From Marsupella aquatica (lineage: Eukaryota; Plantae; Marchantiophyta): a stretch of 64,000 bases of DNA. The notes beneath the pieces were generated by a model that made no database searches, had not been told where the DNA came from, and saw nothing but the letters and a program-made list of their open reading frames with translations. Both the position numbers and the translations under genes were made by a program. The number at the start of each line of letters is the position of its first letter. Position 1 is the first letter of the stretch. Below are positions 25,523-37,949 of this stretch, piece by piece. The stretch covers positions 30,386,932 to 30,450,931 of the forward strand of contig OZ316892.1 of assembly GCA_973895155.1 (NCBI GenBank). The letters are read 5' to 3'.

Positions 25523-26704
25523 CTACAGGGTAATTGTCTGGCAGACAAGGTCCACAACAATCTTTTGCCGCATGATGTCTATAAGTGCAGGGTCAAAGTT
25601 CAGTACGCCGCCTCCAAAAATACGCTCCATGTACATAATGATATATACACCACAATTGTAATCATCCCCTTGACCTGGAATGTTATCTCGGTAAATGCGT
25701 GGCCATTCTAATGGACATAACAAGGTACGACCCCGCAAGATGGAGAGGTCCGAAAGAAACTGAGCTACTTTGAACACTTCTATGCCATCCTGTGCTTCGG
25801 GCACAAGCGGATCAAGTAAATGCCGTTGCCGCAAGGCAGTATCAACCACAACTAGTACCCAGTGTTTTGGCCGGTAGACGGGGTTTAAAACGTACTCGTG
25901 CTCCCACATTTGAATGCCCCACCAATATGCCAACGCTGCGTTGAAGTTATATTCCGGAGTTGTCATCACTTGGTAAAAATGTGTTGGGCAATAACATGGC
26001 CTTGGGTTTATGAAGGGTTTGTGCTCTTCATTCCAGTAAAGCAATGTAAGCATTGATGACGTCGCAAGTGATCCATTTTTTGGCCTCAAGCATTTTAAAT
26101 GTGCCCTCGTCAAGTGCACGTCCTCGATTGTCACTATGACCTCTTTTTGGTCCGCCTTGGGGTCCAATGCCTTCTTCACTATCGCCAAAAATTTGGATGG
26201 TTGCTGTTGTGCGGGCACTCCTTTGTTTGCAAGCCCCACCTCTTTCACTCTTGCCTGGGGAGTCAGCCCCTCATTCACTGGTTGCTCAGGTCTCTCCTGA
26301 GCTACAATGAAGGTAAATTCATTCAAACATTACTCTTTGGAACTGGAGCTTGATAATCTTATACTTACATGGTGAGTTTGGAGACTGTCACTTCCTACCG
26401 AGCTACTCTCATCCGATTGAGCTTCTTTTGCCCTATCATCGACAAATTTGAGAGTTTTCCTTTTTCTCTCTTTTACACAGTGAGGCACTATTTCTTCATG
26501 ATAGGTATCAGCAGCGTAGCACGGAAGGGTTAACTTCTCCGGCGAGAAATATGCCAAAGCTTCCTCCCATGCGAGCTTGACAAGCCGTCTGTCGTGGCTG
26601 TCCCATTCTGCTATAGCTGACTCGGTAGTCCTGTCGGGAACTGCTACTAAGTTATACTTAAATCCAATCAAATAATGTATTGCGCCCAAAATAGACGTAA
26701 ACAA
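25523..26704 (-). pseudogene. Ulp1-like (peptidase C48) SUMO protease
   Basis: LTRAHLKCLRP..PVYRPKHWVLVVVD..LLDPL..PGQGDDYNCGVYII.YME retains His/Asp/Gln/Cys. In-frame stop at 26330 and an apparent frameshift where WLxDxVIN is expected. Confidence 0.85.
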
Positions 26705-26740
26705 GAAGGCATTTGTCGGGGAAGGTAGTCGACATGGATC

Positions 26741-29700
26741 GACGGATCTTGGAGAGGCCAGTCGAGATCACTCTTCCTGAGACGGATCTCGGAGAGGCCA
26801 GCCGAGATTGACTATTCCTGAGACAGATCTTGGAGACGCCAGCCGAGATGACTTCTTGAGACAGATCTCGGAGAGGCTAGCCGAGATGACTGTTCCTAAG
26901 ACGGATCTCAAAGAGGCCAGCCGAGATTGACTCATCTTGAGACGGATCTCGGAGAGGCCAGCCGAGATGACTGTTCGGTACATAGATCTTAGAGAGGCCA
27001 GCCGAGATTGACTCTTCCTCAGATGGATCTCAGAGAGGCCAGCCGAGATTGACTCTTCCTAAGACGGATGTAATGCTGTACATTAGTTAGAAATGATGGA
27101 AATTTTATAAATTTTGAACTTTTTCTAACTCAAAGGTGTAGTCTAGTTACCTTTTGTAGCAATTTAGATCAACTGAACACTTTAGCTAATGCTATCCTTC
27201 ATTGGAGGTTATTGTATTGGACAAGGATCGATAATATAAATCCTTGCTCTTTACATGCTACCAAGAAAGAAGATTGGACATCATTGGAGAAGCAATGCAG
27301 ACTAGAAGATTCAAGAACTGGCCTCCAAAACACTTCTTCAGCAAGAATGAGCTCTGTGTGCAATTATCACAATCAACCGATCTTTGCTATTTTAATTAAA
27401 TAGCTATCATGGTCAGAAAAGTCTCATACTTTTTCAGGAGTTAGTAGTTACATAATAAAATCATCCTTGAAAGTTTCATCTCAAACCGACATGTGGTTTG
27501 AAAGTTAAAATTATTTTAGTTTAGCTATTTTTTACATAGTCGCGACTTCGCCGACGCTTGAGAAGCGTCCCTTGTATTTTTGGACGCTTTCTGAAGCGTC
27601 CACCCAAGACCACAACGCTTTCTGAAGCGTCCTCCACCCAACCAGTTGTACTTCGACGCTCTGCAATCCACATGAGGAGCGACGCCCACAGAAGCGTCTG
27701 CTACCCCGAAGGCAACATTGACTGCGACGCCCACGGAAGCGTCCCGCCCGAAGACCAGAAGACGGACGCTTCGACCAAACCTCAAAATTCAGCCGACGCT
27801 TTCTGAAGCGTCCACAAAAGTCCTTTGTAGGTTTGGACGCTTTCTGAAGCGTCCACTATGTTCTCGACACTTAGAAATATTTTCGTTTTTCGCACTTTTA
27901 TAACACCGCGCAACTTTTACCGATTTATTTGAGGCACTTAGAGATCTCAGAAAAGTCTGAAACTTTGCCAGCATATAGACTATATGTAGTAGAGTACCCT
28001 AGAAAAGTTTCAACTCATTCCGGCTTTTAGTTTAGAAGTTAAAATTAGATTAAGATTATTGTTTATTAGTTTTACCGCAAACACCGACGCTTTGCAAAGC
28101 GTCCGCTCAAACCTCGACGCTTTGAGAAGCGTCCCCTGCATTTTTTACACTTTCAGCAGTGTCCATTCACTTTTCAAGGATGATCGTCATTAAGTTTATT
28201 CAAGACCCTTTAGATATGAAAGGGCACGTCCTTTCAGTCTCTCAGTCTCCTTGCGTTCCTGCTAGCCTATATGAAGTAGAATTTGTGTCATTCTCGAGTG
28301 TGAAGAAATAAAGTAGTGCCTGTGGCATGTGCTGCAACACTAGAATCACCTTTGCAAAGCTTTCGTGTGTCTTTGTACGGTATGGAGCTTGCAAATGCAA
28401 ATGAATTCTTCTCCCTTCCTTGGTCTGAATGATTGAAAGTTTAGATCATTGAAGTAAAATTACTTATATGAAGTTGAATCTCAGAAGTATGAGGGAATAG
28501 ATTCCTTAAGTGGTGACAACCCATATTCTTGAGTTCTTGATGCATAGTTTTTGGCGTGACATTGCTTGTGCACGGATGCAAAGATTGTTACTCACCAATT
28601 ACCTGTGACTTCAATTTGATCATGATGGTGTTTATTATTCGTGACTCAGAGTACCGACTAGATATCGAAGTGATTGATTACTAGTTTCTTTTGAGTACCT
28701 TTGGAAGGAAAAGTTGAGACGTGTTGACGGCATTTTAGTAATCATCCTAGTACAGTAATCCCTTCCAGAAATGTTCTTACGGATTTACCACCCAAATCAC
28801 ATCAAATGCAGTATTGATAAGAAGTTACCTTGGTGTTTTCCAGACTCCCTCATCATATCTCAAGATTTCATTGTGTTTTGTTATTTGTTTCTATTTTATT
28901 AATTGCATTTACAATGTTAAGCAAACATTCAAATCTATGCCTTGCTGAGCAATCATAGTAAAAGGCTTAAACCTATGTTTTTGTTACCTTAGTCAGTCAT
29001 AAGTATTAAATGATAGAAAACCATTCCTTTCTTGTTCTTCCATGGGATCGAATACCGAGTTTTGGACATTAAATGCTGATTTATGTCCTTAGTGCAATAC
29101 TACAACGGATCTTGGAGAGGCCAGCCAAGATCACTCTTCCTGAGACGGATCTCAGAGAGGCCAGCTGAGATGACTATTCCTGAGACGGATCTCAGAGAGG
29201 CCAGCCGAGATTGACTCTTCCTGAGATGGATCTTGGATAGGCCAGCCAAGATCACTCTTCCTGAGACAGATCTTGGATAGGCCAGCCAAGATCACTCTTC
29301 CTGAGATGGATCTCGGAGAGGCCAGCCGAGATGAGTATTCCTCAGATGGATCTCAGAGAGGCCAGCCGAGATTAACTCTTCTTGAGACGGATCTTGGAGA
29401 GGCCAGCCGAGATCACTCTTCCTGAGACGGATCTCGGAGAGGCCAGCCGAGATCACTCTTCCTGAGACGGATCTCGGAGAGGCCAGCCGAGATGACTATT
29501 CCTGAGACGGATCTCAAAGAGGCCAGCCGAGATTGACTCTTCCTGAGATGGATCTTGGATAGGCCAGCCGAGATCACTCTTCCTCAGACGGATCTCGGAG
29601 AGGCCAGCCGAGATTGACTATTCCTGAGACGGATCTCAGAGAGGCCAGCCGAGATTAACTCTTCCTGAGACGGATCTTGGAGAGGCCAGCCGAGATCACT

Positions 29701-29870
29701 CTTCCTGAGACGGATCTCGGAGAGGCCAGCCGAGATGACTATTCCTGAGATGGATCTCAGAGAGGCCAGCCGAGATTGACTCTTCCTGAGATAGATCTTG
29801 GATAGGCCAGCCAAGATCACTCTTCCTGAGACGGATCTTGGAGAGGCCCGCCAAGATGACTCTTCCTGAG
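26741..29870. repeat. 40/41-bp tandem array (~27 units by eye), split by a solo LTR
   Basis: Unit GACGGATCTCGGAGAGGCCAGCCGAGAT(C/G/TG)ACTCTTCCTGA. About 8 units at 26741-27068 and about 19 at 29105-29870. Each unit contains ATCTCGG-N9-CCGAGAT. Confidence 0.95.
27069..29104. mobile_element. Solo LTR (~2.0 kb) inserted in the tandem array
   Basis: TGTAATGC...ATACTACA ends. Perfect 5-bp TSD ACGGA at 27064-27068 and 29105-29109. Internal GACGCTT-N3/4-AAGCGTC palindromes at ~27550-28135. Confidence 0.9.
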
Positions 29871-30069
29871 TTGCATGTAGAGGAATGAATCTTGGCGAGG
29901 TCCGCCAACATGCATCTCAAGTTAGGACTTGCCCTCACTTGTAGAGGAGGCCAGACACTATGAATGTCAGCGAGGTCAGCCAACATGCATACATATCAGC
30001 GAGGCCGCTGACTTGTATCCCTCTATTGTCAACCATTGCGACGATCAAGCAAATATGAAATGAACAACG

Positions 30070-33000
30070 TCAAATGCCAGAAAACTTACATGTTGTTGGG
30101 AGTACTGCCGGCTTTTTCTTCTTGGGCTTTTCTGGATTGGCTTTTGAATGGACCACCTCTTCCTCCTCTGGGGAGATCACTCCAACCAGTTGTGCCAGTT
30201 GGTCTTGCGCACAAGTTCCGAAGTGAGGATAGGATTCAGTCCCAAACACCATCCGCCCGCAATTTTCACCCGCCTTGAATATTGCCCCAAACTGTGCGTT
30301 GAAAGTGAGGATAGTTGCCCCAGGGTGTGTTGTATATTTGATGATACATTGGAGCGTTGCTGGCGACAATGTGCCCGCAAAAGGATCGTTAACCTGATTC
30401 TTCTTGGATGTATAGTTCGTTAGCCCATTCCTACTCTTCATATCGAGCTCTGCACTAATTGGTGCCACATCGTCCTTTGGGCATATCTCCACAGCAGATT
30501 GAAACCCCCACAGGTCTAGCTTGAGATATTTGCTCTGGATCGGCCAAACATATTCAGAGGTCATACTTCCTCAGTTTAGGATAGTAAGTCATTGGAATAA
30601 AAAATAAATGAAGAAGTAGGTAATTGATGGGACTTACTCGCTTCCCAGTCCTACCGTCGTAGGTGAGTGTGTCGTTCCAGATAAAGAAGCTTTCTTTCAA
30701 CCCCAGTTGGTATTCTCGTAAACTAGTGCATCATAAATGCAAGTTGAGTGCCGAAGTGAACCACTGTGCACGATGGCAAACAGTCCTTCGGAATCAAGGA
30801 CATCTCAAGCAAACTCCTGAACCCGGTTCAAGTCGTCCTCTCGGAACAAATTCCACAACGGGGTGGACTTACCCTCGACCATACGCGTGTCTGTTCCCAT
30901 ATGTATCAGAATTAAATCTGCACCAGTCTTCACTCGCTTCCCCCCTTTTCTCCAGGCATTTTGACGCAAACCTTCCCGTAATAGCTTTCTGCACCATGAG
31001 ATCAATTTACTAACTACAGGGGGTTCGGTACCTTCTTTAGCCGCATCAAAAAAAGTTGTAAATAGATTTGGAGACCACCTAAAATACATATGTCTGCTCT
31101 GGGAAGACATGGTATTGGCATAAGGACGCCTTACTCCTTCCAACTCTGTATTATCCTCTTCTCCAAGGGCCTCTTTATCCTCCTCATTTTCCAATGTGGG
31201 GTTGGATGGTTGTGGGCGGAACCTCTCCAGTGCCGGGCGGGGGAGGCGACTCAGTGGGGGAAGGAAGAGGAGGAAATTCCTCGTCACGTGCTTTACTTGG
31301 GCTCCCTTTGGGAGCTCTGGGTCGCCTAGTTTGCTTTCTTTTTAAGGCCTTTTCCTTTTGCCGTGACAGTAATGGTGGCCGGTAAGGCACATGAGAGATA
31401 TCAGACAAGCGCCCTTTGTCTCCGGATTGTCCTTTGTCCTCTTCCTCTTGCTCCTCTTCCTCTCGCTCACCCACATCATCCTCACCTTGCTGCTTGTCAG
31501 CCAATTCATCTTGTACTTCAGGAGCCTCATGCGAAGGCAAGTCAAATTCTTGCAGTGGAGCCTTGTCTGGACCCAACTCAACTATTGGTTGTTTATCCTT
31601 GTGCCCTGGACCCTGCAAAACCCCTGGACCGTCCTCAATTGCTGCCTTTGTAGCCGGCTCTACACCCTTGCTCTTGATAGAACCAGGTTCCGTTTGGATC
31701 TCTGCATGACCTGCATAGGATGCAAATTGATGAGCTTCATGATGGCAACTGCATCTTGGCGAGCCTCGCCAAGATCGGGTTCATTATATACAAGCAACTT
31801 ATTGCTCAACTAATACTTCATCTCGACGAGCCTTGCCAACATCTGGACTGGACCAGACACTTAATCTCGGAGAGCCTCGCCGACATCTGGACTGGACCAG
31901 ACACTTAATCTCGGAGAGCCTCGCCGACATCTGGACTGGACCGGACACTTAATCTCGGTGAGCCTCGCCAACCCAGCCAAGGTTTTTTCCAATGCAAGCC
32001 ACAACCTGATTCGAAAGGAATTGAGTAATACCTGATGGGGTCTTTGTTGGAGTGCGTATAGAATCTGACTGACTGGCCTCGGCGGATTGTTCCTTGTTGA
32101 CCTTCTTCTTGCCTCCTTCCTTTCAGGCCTTTTTCCCATCATAGGCTAGGTCCATTGGGATTATGGCCTCCAACGCTATTGCCTGGGGCATAGAGTCCGT
32201 CAATTGTCGCAGCTTGGATATATTGTAGGCTCCTGTTGGTCCTTCAGCTTCATTGCACACTCCTTCTCAGCGTCATCGATAAAAGTATTCCAGTCACGGT
32301 ATTCCATATACCATGGGCAGTTTTGACGTTCCCAATCGCAGACTACTCTGCCATTAGGAATTTGGCCATCACATGGATACATGCTAAGGCTCCCTTTCGG
32401 CTCCATCCAAGATGTGAGTGCCCATGGCAGCTCTTTCAATACGGATGCATTCATGTTCTCCTGATTGATAAGAAATCTTGTCACGCACCTCTTTGTTCGC
32501 TTTTTCCACAATTCTTTTAACAGGACTGTGGCCTTTTCGTCAATCCAAATTTCCCCGCCTAGTTTCAGTGATTTCTCTTGCACATAAGCTCGATAAAGCC
32601 TTTTGTATAGCTTTGCAAATTCCTCCTCTATCCCGGAAAACTCACGGTACATTTGTCTTTGGTAGGCCTTTGCAGCAAAATTGGTCAAAATCACATAACC
32701 AACGTGGTCAATGTAACACCACATTGACCAGACCGCTAACCAGGATCTAATTGCAGCATCACCATTGCTACATGGATGGTGATACATACTCTTCTCCTCC
32801 TCTGTTCCAAAATGAGCTTTCAATAGCTTCACTCTGCACTCTGCAGTTATCCAAGCCCCAGCAAACAAGCCGACGCTGTCCAAGCCAACCTGTACATTCA
32901 TCACACCCTACTTGGCGTCCTTTGACAACTTGTGATACAGCTGCCAACATACCGGCATGAACTGGTCTCCATTGGCCAGATTCACGCAGGCCGCAAGCTT

Positions 33001-33091
33001 GGGGAACTTGTTGTCCCACGCCTTGCATGCAACAATAATCATTGCCTCCGTCTCCTCCTCAGTTCTCTTCACACTCCACGGGTTCCCACGA
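30070..33091 (-). pseudogene. 3' part of ParB-MTase-like gene, copy C (ParB part missing from the window)
   Basis: GNPWS..LLKAH..YHHPCS..WERQNCPWY aligns by eye with D (GSPWS..LLVAH..FFHPAS..WERTHCPWY). The C-terminal LSPATLQCIIKYTTHPGATIL..FKAGENCGRMVFGTE is MTase-like. Confidence 0.65.
31819..31970. repeat. ~43-bp tandem repeat (~3.5 units) in a probable intron, containing the element C palindrome
   Basis: ATCTCGGAGAGCCTCGCCGACATCTGGACTGGACCAGACACTTA is repeated. A perfect ATCTTGGCGAG-C-CTCGCCAAGAT lies at ~31753. Confidence 0.85.
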
Positions 33092-33097
33092 GCGACA

Positions 33098-34564
33098 ATG
33101 GAACCCAAGCCGAGGCCGGAAGTAAGGACGCCAGGGGAGAGAACACGATTAGGGTTAGGGCACGCTAAGTGCCGGCGGCTAGGGGTCACCAACGGGAGAG
33201 AGACGCCGAGGAGGAGAGGGGTAAGGACCGCTCGTGAGGAGTTGTGGCTCATTTGCAGGCACAAATTGGGTAGACGACTACAGGCGGTCAACTACTATCA
33301 ACTACTTAAGCAAGCACTCAGGGTGGGAGTAGATACCGGCTATCAACTTGATAAGGGTATGAGCAACGTCAATCAAGCGGCACATTTTTGGGGATGCCTG
33401 TTCGAACGGGCAACTGAGTACATTGGGACTTACGAGGACAAAGAATCAGAGAGAGCAGCTCGAGAACGGCAGGAGCTTGCTCGATTGTGGGAGCTGCAGA
33501 AAGCTGCCTTCTTAGGAGGAAAACTCATCAAACCCGAATTCTTGTGGACTCCTACTGCCAATCAGCTCGACGACCTTCTGTTTTGCGAAGATAGAGTCGT
33601 CGGCATCCGTGAAGCCATCAAACGCTGCAATGACATACACTGGGAGTTGAAGGGTAGCACGGAGGGGTGGACAAAGGCAACCGTGCTAGGAGAGACATCC
33701 ACGGCAGCCAAGATGAAGAGGAAGGGAAACAACAACGAAGAGGCCACCCCGGCAAAAAGAACAAGGTCGGCGGCACCAAAGAAGCCAGCAGAACAGCAGA
33801 GCAGGAGGCAGAGAGAAGCCGAGGAGGAGGAGGTCGACCCCATCAACGCCATTCCAACAAGAGATGACACCTGGAAAGGCTGGGCGGCAATTCTCCCCGA
33901 GGAAGTGCAATTATACTTTGCACGGGAGGAGGATGCATGCTTTACGGCTATGCAGACTCAGAAATACCAGAGCTTCATGGCCGGATCCGGCTTGGAAGCC
34001 TTCGTAAAGTTACCGTGGCTGAAGCCGGAGGTGCCGGATTCAGACTTACTTGAATTCGTGGGATCATGGGAGTCTGAGACCAATTCCACAAGGGTGTATG
34101 GGAAGGATTTCTATCTCACTCCCCAGGTGATTGCCGAAGTGTTTGGCTTGTTGATAGGCAATAAGACCAAGGTAGATACCAGGAAGACTTTGCCAGACAA
34201 GGAGTTCTGGTCTTTTCTAGGGCCTTCAACAAAGAATGGCTTCTTCCGAAACACTTGCACCAACCCGCATATAGGAGAGATGATCGATTTCTTGCGGGTG
34301 ACCATGCCTTGCAACTGGTCGAGACCAGAGATCGGCAAGGCACAGGTCTATCTGGCAGAGAGGCTAGACCCAAGTCGGGACTACAACGGTTACCTCCTCA
34401 CTCAACTAAAGAAGATCTTGAAGGAGGAACAGCTGGTGATAGGCAAGGGAAGCGTGTCCCGACTTGGCTATCACGTACCGCTATTGTGCCGGTATGCCCG
34501 AAGTAAGACCTTTGCCCCGGTACTTCCCCTACAGGCAAGGGCACCAGAGGAGGTTCCGGAATAG
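33098..34564 (+). CDS. Accessory ORF resembling the plant-transposon/Athila-type extra-ORF domain; continues as a coiled-coil ORF to ~36218 across stops and frameshifts
   Basis: SGLEAFV.LPW..DLLEFVGSW..TRVYGKDFYLTPQVIAEVFGL, followed by a Glu/Lys-rich coiled coil at 35058-35804. No RT, integrase or transposase motif. Confidence 0.55.
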   Translation: MEPKPRPEVRTPGERTRLGLGHAKCRRLGVTNGRETPRRRGVRTAREELWLICRHKLGRRLQAVNYYQLLKQALRVGVDTGYQLDKGMSNVNQAAHFWGCLFERATEYIGTYEDKESERAARERQELARLWELQKAAFLGGKLIKPEFLWTPTANQLDDLLFCEDRVVGIREAIKRCNDIHWELKGSTEGWTKATVLGETSTAAKMKRKGNNNEEATPAKRTRSAAPKKPAEQQSRRQREAEEEEVDPINAIPTRDDTWKGWAAILPEEVQLYFAREEDACFTAMQTQKYQSFMAGSGLEAFVKLPWLKPEVPDSDLLEFVGSWESETNSTRVYGKDFYLTPQVIAEVFGLLIGNKTKVDTRKTLPDKEFWSFLGPSTKNGFFRNTCTNPHIGEMIDFLRVTMPCNWSRPEIGKAQVYLAERLDPSRDYNGYLLTQLKKILKEEQLVIGKGSVSRLGYHVPLLCRYARSKTFAPVLPLQARAPEEVPE

Positions 34565-35785
34565 AGGCCAACAACGGAGAAACCCAACCCGCCCGACAGT
34601 CCTACAATCGAGCAGGTGTTTAGGCCAAGGACGGAGGACTTGCCGATGCACCAACTAGGCATGCAGAATCTGCTAAAACTGCTGGAGAAAGAAAAGAGAA
34701 CGGCAACAGCAACGGCAACGACAACGGCAACAGCACCAATACAGGACACTGCTCCAGAGGAAGGCCTAAGCCGGCTTACAAGGGAAAACCCCTTTACTGG
34801 AGCCAAGGAGAGAAGGAGGCCGGAACACAAGCCGGGAGTCCGGATGTATGTAGGAGGCTCTAGTCCCAAAGCCGAGGAGAAGCAGGCCGTAGCTCCCGGC
34901 CACGACAAGGAGAACAAGAGATCAACACGGGAGCCGGAGGAGGAACCAAGACCGGTGAGAGGTGAAGCCGTGTTCACGACAAAACCAGGAAAACAGCGGG
35001 AGAGGCCGGTAGTCCAAGCCGAGGAGGAGGCGGATTAAGCGGCATGAGCTAAATATCATGCAGGGCCAATTAGATACCACACAGTCTGATAATCAGATTA
35101 TCGAAAATAAACTTACTCAAACCCAAGGAGAGTTGGCCGATGCGATCAAGGAGCGGGAGAAGTGGAAGCGAGAACTGAGGGATGCAGAGGAGGCCCACAT
35201 AACAGCCAACAACCGGGCCATGGCGGAGACCCAGAGAAGGGAAAGGGCGTTAAAGGGGGAGCTCGAGGATATCCGCGGAGCCCTTGAGCAGAAGGAGGCC
35301 GAGTTAGGGAAATTCTATCAAGGGATTATTGCGCTGCAGCAGGAGCTTGTGTCCCTGACGGCCAGCTTCAAGGCCGACCTATGGGAGAAGGACGACCAGC
35401 TCGACCAGACTTATGCCAAGATGAATCAAATGGAGTCCGTGGTCGTAACGGAGCTCGACAAAGAGCTAAGAGCAACCCAGGAGGAGAGGGCTACCTTCAA
35501 GAAGGAATTGGAGGAAGCCCATAGGGAGCTGGAGGAAGCCCAGATAGAACTGGAGGAGGCACGCAAGGACCTAGACGAAGTGCAAGAAGAGTTGGAGGAA
35601 AGCACGCGGAAGCTAGAGAACTTACAACGACGAACCGACAACCAAACGGAGCGGCTGAAGAAACAAGCCACAGTATTTAAGTGCTTGGCTTCATCAGGCC
35701 CAACTCCAATTGGGGCCACCAAGTTACCAGGAGTGGTACTGGCCGAAGGACAAGCCGCGCCACTTGCACCAGTGCCAAGGGATAG

Positions 35786-35806
35786 TTTAGGGTTTAGGGT
35801 TTAGGG
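35786..35806 (+). repeat. (TTTAGGG)3 plant telomeric repeat inserted in an ORF
   Basis: Three exact units, absent at the equivalent position of copy 2. Confidence 0.8.
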
Positions 35807-37637
35807 TAGGGTAAGTGGGAAGGGGAAGGGGCCAGCTGCCAAACCAGAAAAGAAGAAGAAGCGGAAACCTTCAGGGTCAAGGAGTAATGCGGCTCCACAG
35901 GCTGTGGTGACCAAGGAGGTAAACCCAGCACCGACCCCAGGCAGGGTCACGGCAGAGGATCCAACTACCCTAGGAGAAGGGGATGACAAAGCCGAGGCCA
36001 GGATACTTGGTAATGAAGCCGAGGTACCCAATCCGCCACTTGAGTGTGTAGGGAAGGCCGAAGCCGATGCTGAGGCCGAAGCCGAGGGTGGACCGAGTCA
36101 GGCCGATGGAGAGTTGACTCAGTCCAGGGCAGGTAATCTGACAGAGAACGAACCTACGGCAGTGGCTGAGGAGGAAGCATTGGGGGCGTCCACTGAGGAA
36201 CAGACACCGCTGCCATGACGGTGGTGGAGGGCCGCTCTTTTCAAGGAGGGCGGACGTGGAGGGAGGAGGCGTGAGTGGGCAGGGCGGGCTCAGATCTCTA
36301 AGTTTAGGATTAGGATCAGGACCAGGAGGCGGCCCTGACACTTAGCTTAGTGGGATTGCGGTTCCACTGGTAAGAGCAACACTTGTACTCCTGCCTCGCT
36401 GTACATAGGTAGATTTAGTTAGGTAGTTTCAGTTAGGTAGATTAGGCTTACGCTGCAAAGAATTAGGCGGATCCACTACCAGGATAAGTACCTGGGCAGC
36501 GGGGAGCTCAGGGCCTCTTCTTTAGCAAGTTTTTAGTTGCACCAGCCGGGCTGGGATCAAGTAGTAAGAGAAGCTCTCAGTTAGTCATACTGTGACCCTT
36601 GTGTATATTCATGTTTCCTCATGCCTAAGAGCTGAATAGAGTTGGCCTCACGGCTTAGTTCGCAGAACTTGTGTATGAGATGTACTGTTTGTATGGCAAG
36701 TGCATGGTATGACTCAGTCAGAAGGAGTCATTTTGCTATTTGTGTGTCACATTAACTTGTGTGAAGAGTGCCCACATCAACTAATAGATGAAGGAAAGTA
36801 AGCAAGGGAGTGAGAGTTGGATGTGTCGAGCTGAGAGAGGTCTTAGCGCCTTAACCAAGCCTATTGGGGATCATTCCGGCAGCGGAATCCAAACATACCT
36901 AACCAGAAGGAGGGGAAGACAAGGGAAGGCCTAGATCACCCTATTCATTAAAACTGGAATTTCTCTAGTCCAGAAGTTGACCTTCAAATTTCTTATTTTG
37001 CCCCCAAAAGTTCTATAACTTGTTCCCCAAAAGCATATATTTTAGTGGCCAAATATACACTTTTTGAGGTCTAAAATTACAATTCTAATGCCCAAATTAT
37101 TAATTAAATAATTCAGTTATCAATTACAGCATACTTATTAATTAAAAGACAATAAAGTGTTCTTATTATATACAATATAAACAATGAAAAAATAGAATAA
37201 GACAATATAATAAATTCAAATGACCCGTGATAACCAAGTTACACAAACAGGGAAGGTAAACCAGTGATGTATTATAAAAGTAAAAAACCTATTTTTATAG
37301 GGTCGAGACCACGTCTGCCCCAATGCAGGCTCTAGATGGTTTTGACCAGTTGTTGAATGTATATCAATTCCTATGTAAAAATCTATGTCGAGATTATCTC
37401 GACCCAAATGTAGGGTCCACATAATTTTGACCCGTTGTTGAATCTATATCTCTAGCTATTCCCTTTGTATAGGGTCAAGACCCAAATAACCTTTTTCTGA
37501 GAACATATCTACAAGTAAAAGAGGATCAACAGCATCTAGACTCAAATGGATAGTACGCATAGCTTCATTGTTTTTTGAGTAAGAATATGTATATCTACAA
37601 CTCACATTGTAGCTGTTCAGTGTAGGGTCGAGATAAT

Positions 37638-37949
37638 CTAGACCCAAATCTCATGCTCCTCCACCCCGCAGAATTCATTTGAGCAAGTAAATCTAGACCC
37701 TGACGGGTCATATTTCATATCGCGATTGCAGAAATCGAGAGGCTTCCTATTCCAGAACTTCGTGGTGAGGTCCCTACACCTCAAGACTTTCGAAACAAAT
37801 CCCCGATGATTGTCTCTATAGGGTCCTGTGTATTGATATCCAATTAACGTCTTTGCAAGGTCGTTGATCGCCTCCTCCGTCAATTCCTCCATTGGTGGTA
37901 ATTGTTGCACTTCATTCTTGACATCCCAAGGAATTTCGTCCGCTGTGAC
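37638..37949 (-). pseudogene. C-terminal part of the FCP1-like gene of element B
   Basis: EIPWDVK..LAKTLIGYQYTGPYRDN..TTKF..CNRD..TCSN matches copy A (EIPWNVK..LAKAFVGRDYSGPHREN..TTKF..CNRD..TCSN). Confidence 0.8.

Larger units (their letters stand above)
25111..33091 (-). mobile_element. Element C fragment (MTase-like gene homologous to D, Ulp1 gene, palindromic array); boundaries approximate
   Basis: Homology to the FCP1-like C-terminus stops at ~25110, followed by CACAAC and an 11-bp stem hairpin at 25127-25154. The TYGGCGAG-N-CTCGCCRA-type motif occurs only from ~25185 to ~31970. Confidence 0.6.
33092..36935 (+). mobile_element. Unclassified element, copy 1 (both ends truncated or interrupted)
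   Basis: Highly similar to the reverse complement of 53146-57839, from GCGAC-ATG through ...GGAAGGCCTAGA. Interrupts the element C gene. Confidence 0.8.

Noticed and set aside
26741-29870. CRISPR array
   Set aside because: The units are contiguous near-identical repeats with no unique spacers, there are no cas genes, and the context is eukaryotic.
29584-29986. Repetitive ORFs (ISAGLSEIRLRKS...), also at 26768-26983
   Set aside because: These are translation artefacts of the tandem array.
32957-33097. N-terminal extension of ORF 32957-34564
   Set aside because: It is chance read-through from the antisense strand of element C. Homology with copy 2 starts at the ATG at 33098.
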